A stretch of DNA of 64,000 bases from Gemmatimonadaceae bacterium (GTDB lineage Bacteria; Gemmatimonadota; Gemmatimonadetes; Gemmatimonadales; Gemmatimonadaceae). How positions within the stretch are numbered: the stretch's first letter is position 1; the number at the start of each line of letters is the position of its first letter. Under the pieces are notes generated by a model. That model saw nothing but the letters and a program-made list of their open reading frames with translations, made no database searches and was not told where the DNA came from. The DNA is taken from contig JBJMOW010000004.1 of assembly GCA_045803545.1 (NCBI GenBank), forward strand, positions 512,001 to 576,000. Direction: 5' to 3'. Both the position numbers and the translations under genes were made by a program. Below, one piece after another: positions 1 through 8,463 of the stretch.

Positions 1-1
1 C

Positions 2-1621
2 GGGATCGCCAAGGACAAGCAGCGTCTGATCTTCGAGGCGTTCCAGCAGGCCGACGGCACGACCAGTCGCAAGTACGGAGGCACGGGACTGGGGCTATCG
101 ATCAGCCGGGAAATAGCGCGACTGCTTGGCGGCGAGATCCGCGTCGAGAGCGCAGAAAGCAAAGGCAGCACCTTCACACTGTTCCTGCCGACGCAGTTCA
201 AGGGCGTGCCGCGCGATCTCGATCGTGAAGAGTCGCAGGCAGCTGACCGCCGTGAGTCCTTCTCGGCGCCGACCGCAGGTCGTGAACGCCAGTCGTCGGC
301 GTCCAATCGCGGGAACGTTACGAGAGGGCCGAGGCCGAACCAGCGCCGCAAGCCGATCGGTGATGCGATTCAGTATCAGCCGGAGCGCCGCGCCGTGCCT
401 CAGACTGTAATTGCGGATGATCGTGATGCAGTCGAGGAAGGCGATCGAACGGTGCTCATCGTCGAGAACGATCAGAACTTCGCCAAGGTTCTGCTCGACA
501 TGGCTCGCGACAAGGGTTACAAGGGCGTCGTCGAGCTAGACGGAGAGGCAGGACTCAAGGCAGCTCGCGAATTGCGCCCCGATGCGATCACGCTCGACAT
601 CGACATGCCGGGGATGGATGGACTTCAGGTACTCGACAGACTGAAGCGTGATCCGGAGACGAGACACGTTCCGGTGCACATCATCTCGGGTGTCGAGCAG
701 AAACGCGAGGGACTCAAGGCCGGCGCGATCGCTTATCTGACCAAGCCCGTCAGCAAGGAAGCCCTCGACAGTGCCTTCGCGCGTATCTCCTCATTCATCG
801 ACACCGTTCCGAAGAAGCTGTTGGTCGTCGAGGATAATGAGGCGCAGCGGCAGAGCATTGTCGAGCTGATCGCGCATGAAGACGTCGAGATCATCGCGGT
901 GCCGTCCGCTGAAGACGCGCTACAGAAGATCAGGGAGGAACATTTCGACTGTATGGTGCTCGACCTCGGCTTGCACAGCGGCCAGATGACCGGCTTCGAT
1001 CTGTTGGAGAAGGTGAAATCGGATGCGAACAATCACGACCTGCCGATCATCATCTATACGGGCAAGGAGCTGAGTCAGAAGGAGGAGACAGAGATCCGGA
1101 AGTACGCCGAGACCATCATTCTCAAGGATGTGAAGTCTCCGGAGCGCCTGCTCGATGAGACCGCGCTCTTCCTGCACCGAATCGAGGCGAAGTTGCCTGA
1201 GCAGAAGCGCAAGATGCTGGAACATCTGCACGATTCCGACTCGGTGGTTGCAGGCAAGGCAGTGCTCGTGGTCGATGACGATGTTCGCAACATCTTCTCG
1301 CTCACGAGTGTTCTCGAGGATCACGGCATGATCGTCCGGTTCGCCGAGACGGGCAAGCAGGCGATCGACGAGCTAAAGAAGGATCAGAATGTCGACGCGG
1401 TGCTGATGGACATCATGATGCCGGAAATGGACGGTTACGAGACGACGCGCGCGATCCGCAACATGGAGCAGTTCAAGACGCTGCCCATCATCGCGTTGAC
1501 TGCCAAAGCGATGAAGGGAGATCGCGAGAAGTGCATCGCGGCCGGCGCCTCTGACTACATCACCAAGCCAGTCGACACCGAACAGCTGTTGTCGTTACTG
1601 CGTGTATGGCTATACAGATAG
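2..1621 (+). CDS. Hybrid sensor histidine kinase, C-terminal part (HATPase_c plus three receiver domains); 5'-truncated by the window edge
   Basis: Frame is open from base 2: GIAKDKQRLIFEAFQQADGTTSRKYGGTGLGLSISREIARLLGG (F and G2 boxes). Three REC domains follow (LIVEND..TLDIDMP..YLTKP; LVVEDN..VLDLGL; LVVDDD..LMDIMMP..YITKP). Confidence 0.93.
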   Translation, partial: GIAKDKQRLIFEAFQQADGTTSRKYGGTGLGLSISREIARLLGGEIRVESAESKGSTFTLFLPTQFKGVPRDLDREESQAADRRESFSAPTAGRERQSSASNRGNVTRGPRPNQRRKPIGDAIQYQPERRAVPQTVIADDRDAVEEGDRTVLIVENDQNFAKVLLDMARDKGYKGVVELDGEAGLKAARELRPDAITLDIDMPGMDGLQVLDRLKRDPETRHVPVHIISGVEQKREGLKAGAIAYLTKPVSKEALDSAFARISSFIDTVPKKLLVVEDNEAQRQSIVELIAHEDVEIIAVPSAEDALQKIREEHFDCMVLDLGLHSGQMTGFDLLEKVKSDANNHDLPIIIYTGKELSQKEETEIRKYAETIILKDVKSPERLLDETALFLHRIEAKLPEQKRKMLEHLHDSDSVVAGKAVLVVDDDVRNIFSLTSVLEDHGMIVRFAETGKQAIDELKKDQNVDAVLMDIMMPEMDGYETTRAIRNMEQFKTLPIIALTAKAMKGDREKCIAAGASDYITKPVDTEQLLSLLRVWLYR

Positions 1622-2487
1622 CAGAAGCGCGCCCTCCGCAAGCAGCGGCCGAAGATCCCCCGGCGTTTAAGCCTGATCTCGAGCGAATCGAGATCGAGCT
1701 GCTGCTGGAGGGAATCTTCCGTCATTACGGGTTCGACTTCCGCTCTTACGCCTACGCATCGATCCGGCGCCGGCTGTGGAAGCGAATCGAAGAAGAGGGT
1801 TTGTCGAGCGTGAGCGCGTTGCAGGAAAAGGTGCTCCACGATTCGGCGATGATGGAGAAGCTCCTGCTGGATCTCTCCATCAACGTCACGGCGATGTTTC
1901 GCGATCCCAACTTCTACGTGACGTTTCGCGAATACGTCGTGCCGTTGCTGCGAACGTATCCGTTCATCAGGATATGGCACGCGGGATGTTCGACGGGTGA
2001 GGAAGTTTATTCGATGGCGATTCTGCTGCGCGAGGAGGGGCTGTACGATCGAGCGCGCATCTACGCCACCGACATCAACGAAGTCGTGCTGCAGCGCGCC
2101 AAAGCCGGGATCTTTCCACTCGAGCGAATGCAGGAGTACACCGACAATTACATCAAGGCTGGTGGCAAGCGCTCCTTCTCGGAGTACTACACTGCCAAGT
2201 ACGGCGGCGCGCTGTTCGATCAAACGCTCACGAAGAACGTTGTCTTCTCGCAGCACAACCTGGTGACTGACCGCTCCTTCAGCGAGTTCAACGTCATCCT
2301 GTGCCGAAACGTTCTGATCTATTTCGACAAGGCTCTGCAGTCGAAGGTGCACAGTCTCTTCTATGACAGCCTGGTGATGTTCGGCGTGCTGGTGCTGGGC
2401 AGCAAAGAGACGCTGCGATTCATGGCGCACGAGGAGTGTTATCAGCAGATTGCGCCGCCCGAAAAGATTTTCCGGAAGGTCAAATAG
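1606..2487 (+). CDS. cheR: CheR-type protein-glutamate O-methyltransferase
   Basis: INVTAMFRDP, RIWHAGCSTGEEVYS, IYATDIN and ILCRNVLIYFD motifs. Confidence 0.93.
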   Translation: MAIQIAEARPPQAAAEDPPAFKPDLERIEIELLLEGIFRHYGFDFRSYAYASIRRRLWKRIEEEGLSSVSALQEKVLHDSAMMEKLLLDLSINVTAMFRDPNFYVTFREYVVPLLRTYPFIRIWHAGCSTGEEVYSMAILLREEGLYDRARIYATDINEVVLQRAKAGIFPLERMQEYTDNYIKAGGKRSFSEYYTAKYGGALFDQTLTKNVVFSQHNLVTDRSFSEFNVILCRNVLIYFDKALQSKVHSLFYDSLVMFGVLVLGSKETLRFMAHEECYQQIAPPEKIFRKVK

Positions 2488-3087
2488 ATGTTGTACTCCA
2501 TCGTCGCGATCGGAACATCCTGGGGCGGATTGATGGCGGTGTCGAAGCTGCTATCAGGGCTGCCGGCGGAGTTCCCGATCCCGATCGTGGTTGTTCAGCA
2601 TCGCGGGAAGGACTCCGACAGGTTGTTGTCGCAGTTGTTGCAGGACGCAACGCCGCTGACGGTCTGTGAGATCGAAGACAAGGATGTGCTCGAGCCGGGC
2701 AAGGTTCACGTCGCTCCCGCCGATTACCACGTGATGATCGAGCGTGGATATCTATCGCTCACGGTGGAGGAGCCCGTGCGGTACAGTCGTCCGTCGATTG
2801 ATGTTATGTTCACGTCGGCGGGAGACACGTATGGCAAGGAAGCAATCGGCGTGGTGCTGACCGGCGCGAACGAAGACGGCTCTCGTGGGCTGGCGCACAT
2901 CGCCAAGCGCGGCGGGAAGGCTTTGATCCAGTCGCCGAAGACCGCCGAGATCCCGATCATGCCGGAAGCCGCGGCCCGGGCGGTTCCGACGGCGGAGGTG
3001 CTGCCACTGCCACAGATCGGAAAGCGGTTGATCGAGCTTTCCCAACAAACAGCGGAACGGCTCACCGCACGGAGAGCAGGCGCATGA
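2488..3087 (+). CDS. cheB: CheB-type methylesterase, catalytic domain only (no receiver domain)
   Basis: IGTSWGG (Ser), VVVQH (His), RPSIDVMF, VLTGANEDG (Asp). Confidence 0.92.
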   Translation: MLYSIVAIGTSWGGLMAVSKLLSGLPAEFPIPIVVVQHRGKDSDRLLSQLLQDATPLTVCEIEDKDVLEPGKVHVAPADYHVMIERGYLSLTVEEPVRYSRPSIDVMFTSAGDTYGKEAIGVVLTGANEDGSRGLAHIAKRGGKALIQSPKTAEIPIMPEAAARAVPTAEVLPLPQIGKRLIELSQQTAERLTARRAGA

Positions 3088-4394
3088 GCGGCGAGCACAG
3101 AGAGAACGGCGCCGTGCGCGACGATCGTGTCAACATTCTGCTCGTTGACGACCGGCCGGAGAATCTGCTCGCCCTGGAGGCCATTCTGGAGCCGCTGACC
3201 CAGAATCTGGTTCGCGCGAACTCCGGCCCCGAAGCGTTGAAGCGAGTGCTGGAGATGGAGTTCGCGACGATTCTGCTCGACGTGCAGATGCCGGACATGA
3301 ACGGCTTCGAGGTCGCCGAGATCATCAAATCGCGCGAGAGATCACGCACCATTCCTATCATCTTCCTCAGCGCGATCAACAAGGAAGAGGCGTACGTCTT
3401 CAAAGGCTATTCGATGGGAGCCGTGGACTACGTCTTCAAGCCGTTCAATCCCGACGTGCTGCGAATGAAGGTCGCCGTATTCGTAGATCTCTTCATCAAG
3501 CAGCGCGAAGTGCAACGCCAGGCAGAGCTGCTGCGCAACGCCGAGAAGCGTGAGCTGGAGCTGGAGCATCGCACTTCTCTATTGGAAGCGGAAGCTCGCT
3601 CGGCGGCGAAGCTGGCGCAGATGAACGACGAGCTGCACCGACGGCAGGTGGCGCTGGAGCAGGCAATGGGTGCGCGAAACCGGTTCTATGCTTCGATGAG
3701 TCACGAGCTCCGCACGCCAATCAATGCGGTCATCGGATACAGCACGCTGATGCTGGATGGAATTTACGGACCGCTCAACGCGAAGCAGAAAGAAGGACTG
3801 CAGCGCACGCTCAAAGCGGCGCGACACCTGCTGGAGCTGGTGAACGACGTACTCGATCTATCGAAGATCGAAGCGGGTAAGATCGAGCTGTCGATTCAGC
3901 CGGTGCTCTTCCCGGCGCTGATCGAGGATCTGTTCGTAACGGTGCGCCCGCTGGCGGACGAGTATGGCTCGACGCTCAGTCTGGAGATGCAAAGTGAATC
4001 ATTCAACATCGTCAGTGATCCGCGGCGCGTACGACAGATCCTGATCAATCTGCTCTCGAACGCGATCAAGTTCGGCGAAGGGAAGCCGATTGTGGTTCGG
4101 TGCAAACAGACTGACCCCGGCGGTGTAGAAGTAGAGGTCATCGATCAGGGCGTTGGGATATCGCAGGACGACATTCCCCGAATCTTCGAAGAGTTCGTTC
4201 AGGTTTCTGAATCGAAGCAGCCGGGAACCGGACTCGGGTTGCCGATTTCGAGGCGACTGGCTCAGCTGTTGGACGGGTCATTGACCGTGTGTTCGACGCC
4301 GGGCCAGGGGAGCACTTTTCGTCTCAATTTGCCGCCCTCTCTAGAGGACGATTTGGCCGAAGAGCCCGTGTTATCCGCCGCTACCGTGGCCTAA
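3084..4394 (+). CDS. Hybrid histidine kinase (N-terminal REC, coiled coil, HisKA, HATPase_c)
   Basis: ILLVDD..LLDVQMP..YVFKP; MSHELRTPIN H-box; NLLSNAIKF; GTGLGL. Start overlaps the cheB stop (ATGA). Confidence 0.93.
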   Translation: MSGEHRENGAVRDDRVNILLVDDRPENLLALEAILEPLTQNLVRANSGPEALKRVLEMEFATILLDVQMPDMNGFEVAEIIKSRERSRTIPIIFLSAINKEEAYVFKGYSMGAVDYVFKPFNPDVLRMKVAVFVDLFIKQREVQRQAELLRNAEKRELELEHRTSLLEAEARSAAKLAQMNDELHRRQVALEQAMGARNRFYASMSHELRTPINAVIGYSTLMLDGIYGPLNAKQKEGLQRTLKAARHLLELVNDVLDLSKIEAGKIELSIQPVLFPALIEDLFVTVRPLADEYGSTLSLEMQSESFNIVSDPRRVRQILINLLSNAIKFGEGKPIVVRCKQTDPGGVEVEVIDQGVGISQDDIPRIFEEFVQVSESKQPGTGLGLPISRRLAQLLDGSLTVCSTPGQGSTFRLNLPPSLEDDLAEEPVLSAATVA

Positions 4395-4407
4395 CTACAT
4401 CCTTTTA

Positions 4408-4423
4408 TTGGCATGTCACCTGC
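4408..4423 (+). promoter_or_regulatory. Candidate sigma54 -24/-12 promoter
   Basis: TTGGCATGTCACCTGC, a GG-N10-GC motif close to consensus TGGCACG-N4-TTGC, upstream of the 4477 gene. Confidence 0.5.
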
Positions 4424-4476
4424 CCTTAATAGCCGGACCGTCGCGTCACGCGGGGGTCATTCCTGGAGGCTTTAAA

Positions 4477-4974
4477 ATGTTCAAAAAGATACTAATCCTT
4501 CCGGCCGCGTTTTTGGCGTTCGCTTGCTCAAAGGGCGACAACAAAATGACCGCGGCGGATAGCGCGCTCAATTCGGATCTTTCGACCGCAGCTGCGAGCC
4601 GCCCGTACACGCCGCTCGACAGCATCACTGCTGCGGAGCGTGCCGGAACGGCGACCACAACTGCCCCGACAACCGCGCTGAGAAGTACCGCATCGACTCC
4701 GCGTACGACGACCGTTCGCAGAACCTCGACCGCGCGTCGCAGCAGCAGCTCCTCGGGCGGGACGTACTCGTCGGCGCCTGTGTACAGCGCTCCAGCACCA
4801 GCGCCGGTCGTAGTGAAGCACACCAAGCGTGACGCCGCTATCGGCGCGGGCGCTGGTGCAGTAATCGGCGCAGTGACCAGCAGAAACAAGGTGAAGGGCG
4901 CGATCATCGGTGGCGCAGCCGGCGCAATTCTCGGCGGCATCATCGGGAACAACGTCGACAAGACGAAGCACTAA
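4477..4974 (+). CDS. Lipoprotein with Thr/Ser/Arg-rich linker and C-terminal glycine-zipper domain
   Basis: GGAGG RBS; lipobox LAFAC; C-terminal DAAIGAGAGAVIGA..KGAIIGGAAGAILGGIIG. Confidence 0.85.
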   Translation: MFKKILILPAAFLAFACSKGDNKMTAADSALNSDLSTAAASRPYTPLDSITAAERAGTATTTAPTTALRSTASTPRTTTVRRTSTARRSSSSSGGTYSSAPVYSAPAPAPVVVKHTKRDAAIGAGAGAVIGAVTSRNKVKGAIIGGAAGAILGGIIGNNVDKTKH

Positions 4975-4994
4975 CCCTCGCCGTTTGAACGTTG

Positions 4995-5030
4995 AAGCCC
5001 CGCACTAGCTCTAGTGCGGGGCTTTTTGTT
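4995..5030 (+). terminator. Rho-independent terminator
   Basis: AAGCCCCGCACTAG-CT-CTAGTGCGGGGCTT followed by TTTGTT. Confidence 0.9.
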
Positions 5031-5111
5031 ACGACTGAGCCGGTGCACGGTCTAGCTAGAGCTCCCGCCGTGCTTGCTTCCGTGGTCATCACGGCTTACG
5101 ATGGACCAGCG

Positions 5112-5591
5112 ATGCATTTAGAGAATGACAGAGGCCCCGGTCAGAACACGGTGCCTTCACTACCGATTCCAACTTCGCCATTGCGCGCGCTGTGCATTGC
5201 GCGCCATTGCATTTTGAGCGAGCACATAGCGCGCTACTTCGCTGCGATGGGCGTTCTGACAACGAACGCAGTCGGCCTGGAGTCGGCGGTCGCTGGCACT
5301 GCGGACTGGACGCCGGATGTCGTCATTTGCGACTACGATGTGCTGGCGACGGTGCCGCTCGATCAGTGGGAGCACGATCGGCTCCTTTCACGAACGCCGG
5401 TGGTTGCAGTGAGTCTGACCCGTCACGCCGAAGAGCTGCAATTGCTCGACGTCAATGGCATTGCGGGTTTCCTCTATCTGCCCACGCTCGATCGGTCGGC
5501 CGCTCTGAGGATTCTGTACGCCGCAGCTGCTCGTCCCCGCTACGTCCTTCCTTCGCTCGGCGCACCCGCGAGGGCTGTCGAGCACAGTTAA
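5112..5591 (+). CDS. Atypical receiver-like (pseudo-REC) protein
   Basis: PDVVICDY..TPVVAVS..AGFLYLP follows REC topology but lacks the acidic pair and the conserved Lys. Start uncertain. Confidence 0.6.
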   Translation: MHLENDRGPGQNTVPSLPIPTSPLRALCIARHCILSEHIARYFAAMGVLTTNAVGLESAVAGTADWTPDVVICDYDVLATVPLDQWEHDRLLSRTPVVAVSLTRHAEELQLLDVNGIAGFLYLPTLDRSAALRILYAAAARPRYVLPSLGAPARAVEHS

Positions 5592-5600
5592 ATTTCAGAC

Positions 5601-8444
5601 ATGAGTAACGACCCGATCACGGGCGCCTACAACGATGCTTTGATCGCTGAGGCGTACGAAGCCTATCGGCGCGACCCATCGTCAGTAGACGAATCGTGGC
5701 GTCAGTTTTTCCGATTTGCTGAAAGCATTGCCGGTGCACCGCGGCCGGGCGCGGGTGAAAGTCCTTCGGCAGCGGGAGATTTCGATCCCGCTTTTCTTCG
5801 CGATGTAGCCGCTGCTGCCGAGCTTGTCGATGCGATCCGCAGTTATGGGCACATGGCTGTTCCTCTCGATCCGCTCGGCACACCGCCTGAAGGGACGCCG
5901 GAGCTGACACCCGAATTCCACGGGCTTACCGAGGAAGATCTGCACAGCATTCCCGGCATTGCGCTGGGAGCGTCCGGCGGAAACGCCTCCGACGTCGTCA
6001 CGCGTCTCCGTCAGCTCTACTCCTCCACGATCGGGTTTGAGATCTCGCACGTTGGAAAGGCGGATGAGCGCGAGTGGCTGCGGTCGGAGATTGAAAGGGG
6101 GCGCCTCAATAAACCGCTGAGCCCGGAAGAGAAGAAAAGCATTCTCGAGCAACTGACGCGTGTCGACGGGCTAGAGCGTTTTCTCGGTCGCGCCTATCAA
6201 GGCTACAAGAGATTCTCCATCGAAGGCACCGACATGCTGGTGCCGATGCTCGATGTCGCGATCGAATCAGCGGCGCAACTGGGCGCGCGCGAAGTCGATC
6301 TGGCGATGGCCCACCGCGGTCGCATCAACGTGCTGACGCACACACTGGGCAAACCATACGCGACGATCTTCGAGGAATTCGAGGGCAAGCACGCGGCGAC
6401 GAATGCCGTCAGTGAAACTGGCGACGTCAAGTATCATCTCGGAGCAGTCGGCACGCGGCAGGCTGCGAATGGAAAGGAAATGGCGGTGGTGCTGATCCCG
6501 AACCCGAGCCATCTCGAAGTCGTGAACCCGGTGCTCGAAGGAGTAGCGAGGGCGAGGCAGGTGTTGGCGGGAGACGGGAGAGGGGAGGGGGGAAGCGGGA
6601 AGCGGGAGGCGGGAGGCGGACCGAGCCGGGATGAATCGGCTGTCATCCCGATTTGTGTACACGGTGATGCGGCGTTTCCGGGTGAGGGCGTGGTTCCGGA
6701 GACATTCAATCTTTCCGGGCTCGAAGGCTACCGCACAGGCGGGACGCTTCACATCATCGTCAACAACCAGGTCGGATTCACGACCGATCCGGTCGATGCG
6801 CGGTCGACGCGCTATGCGAGCGATCTGGCGAAAGGCTTCGAAGTGCCGATCGTGCACGTGAACGCGGACGATGCCGAATCGTGTGTGAGAGTCGTTCAGT
6901 TCGGTATCGAATACCGGGCGAAATTCGGCAAGGACTTCCTGATCGATCTGGTTGGCTATCGTCGGCACGGGCACAACGAGACTGACGAGCCCGCATTCAC
7001 CCAGCCGACGCTGTACCAAAAGATCAAAGCGCACCCGTCGCCGCGGGAAGTTTGGGGGAATCGTCTCGTCGCTGAAGGCGTCGTGTCGGCGGATGATGTG
7101 AAGAAGCTCGATGCAGATGCGGCTGCAGAATTCGATCGAATTCTCACCGCGATGAAGGCGGGCGAGCTACACACGCCGGAGCACAATCCTGCGAAAGACG
7201 CTCAGGCTGATCAGTCAGGCGCCGGGAGCGGTAACACTGCGGTCGATGGCGATCGCCTGCGCGAGCTGAATGAGAAGCTGCTCAAGTGGCCGGCAAATCT
7301 GAAAGTGAATCCGCGGTTGGCGAAGACTCTGATGCGTCGCGCCGATGCGCTGGGTGACGCTGGCGGAATCGACTGGGGTCACGCCGAGGCGCTGGCGTTT
7401 GCGTCGCTGCTCACTGACGGCACGTCGATCCGGCTGACCGGTCAGGATTCGGAGCGCGCGACGTTCTCGCACCGCCAGGCAGTACTGCATGATGCGGAAA
7501 CCGGTGAGACCTATTTCCCGCTGCAGCACGTTGTTGAAGGCGACGGCAATGGCAAAATCGAGATCTACAATAGTCCGCTCTCGGAGATGGGAGTTCTCGG
7601 ATTCGAGTACGGTTATAGCACGGCAGCCGAAGACACGCTCGTATTGTGGGAAGCGCAGTACGGAGATTTCGTCAACGTCGCGCAGCCGATAATCGATCAA
7701 TTCATCTCTGCCGATCGCGCAAAGTGGGGGCAGGATTCTTCGATCGTGCTGCTGCTGCCGCACGGATACGAAGGACAGGGTCCCGAACACTCGAGTGCGC
7801 GGCTCGAGAGATTCCTGCAGCTGTGCGCGGAAGGCAATCAGCGTGTCGCATGTCCGTCGACGCCGGCGCAGTACTTCCACATTCTGCGTCGGCAGGCGCA
7901 GCTGTACGAGCGCCGTCCATTGATCCTGATGCAGCCGAAGAGTCTGCTGCGTTTGCCCGAAGCTGCATCGAAACTGACCGACCTGGCCAGCGGCAGCTTC
8001 CGCCCCGTGATAGATGATCCGATTGCATCACAGAATCGCGAATCGGTCACGCGGTTGGTGTTCTGCACCGGCAAGATCTACTACGACATCATCGCCAAGC
8101 GTTCGCCCTTCATTGCGGTCGTGCGGATCGAAGAACTTTATCCGTGGCCAGGAACCCAGATTGCGCAGATCGTCGACCTTTATCCGGCGATCGAAGAAGT
8201 GGTGTGGGCGCAGGAAGAGCCGAAGAACCAGGGCGCGTGGTCCTATGCATCTCCTCGTTTGCGGATGTCGACCGGCAACGCTCTGCCTACTCGCTACGTT
8301 GGACGTCCCGATCGCTCCAGCCCCGCCGAGGGATACGCCGAGGCGCACAAGAAGGAGCAGGAGCGTATAATCTCCGAGGTTGTCGCACCGATGCCGCAGC
8401 TGGCCGGAGCAAAGGGCCGTCGCGGCATGACGGTCAAAACCTGA
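5601..8444 (+). CDS. sucA: 2-oxoglutarate dehydrogenase E1 component
   Basis: KRFSIEG, MAHRGRINVL, GDVKYHLG, HGDAAFPGEG..NNQVGFTT (ThDP motif), RRHGHNE, WEAQYGDF, LPHGYEGQGPEHSSAR. Confidence 0.97.
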   Translation: MSNDPITGAYNDALIAEAYEAYRRDPSSVDESWRQFFRFAESIAGAPRPGAGESPSAAGDFDPAFLRDVAAAAELVDAIRSYGHMAVPLDPLGTPPEGTPELTPEFHGLTEEDLHSIPGIALGASGGNASDVVTRLRQLYSSTIGFEISHVGKADEREWLRSEIERGRLNKPLSPEEKKSILEQLTRVDGLERFLGRAYQGYKRFSIEGTDMLVPMLDVAIESAAQLGAREVDLAMAHRGRINVLTHTLGKPYATIFEEFEGKHAATNAVSETGDVKYHLGAVGTRQAANGKEMAVVLIPNPSHLEVVNPVLEGVARARQVLAGDGRGEGGSGKREAGGGPSRDESAVIPICVHGDAAFPGEGVVPETFNLSGLEGYRTGGTLHIIVNNQVGFTTDPVDARSTRYASDLAKGFEVPIVHVNADDAESCVRVVQFGIEYRAKFGKDFLIDLVGYRRHGHNETDEPAFTQPTLYQKIKAHPSPREVWGNRLVAEGVVSADDVKKLDADAAAEFDRILTAMKAGELHTPEHNPAKDAQADQSGAGSGNTAVDGDRLRELNEKLLKWPANLKVNPRLAKTLMRRADALGDAGGIDWGHAEALAFASLLTDGTSIRLTGQDSERATFSHRQAVLHDAETGETYFPLQHVVEGDGNGKIEIYNSPLSEMGVLGFEYGYSTAAEDTLVLWEAQYGDFVNVAQPIIDQFISADRAKWGQDSSIVLLLPHGYEGQGPEHSSARLERFLQLCAEGNQRVACPSTPAQYFHILRRQAQLYERRPLILMQPKSLLRLPEAASKLTDLASGSFRPVIDDPIASQNRESVTRLVFCTGKIYYDIIAKRSPFIAVVRIEELYPWPGTQIAQIVDLYPAIEEVVWAQEEPKNQGAWSYASPRLRMSTGNALPTRYVGRPDRSSPAEGYAEAHKKEQERIISEVVAPMPQLAGAKGRRGMTVKT
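6569..6617 (+). repeat. Seven-unit G-rich heptamer tandem array inside sucA
   Basis: GGGAGAC GGGAGAG GGGAGGG GGGAAGC GGGAAGC GGGAGGC GGGAGGC, encoding GDGRGEGGSGKREAGG. Confidence 0.85.
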
Positions 8445-8463
8445 GCTCAACCTTCAGGGGACA

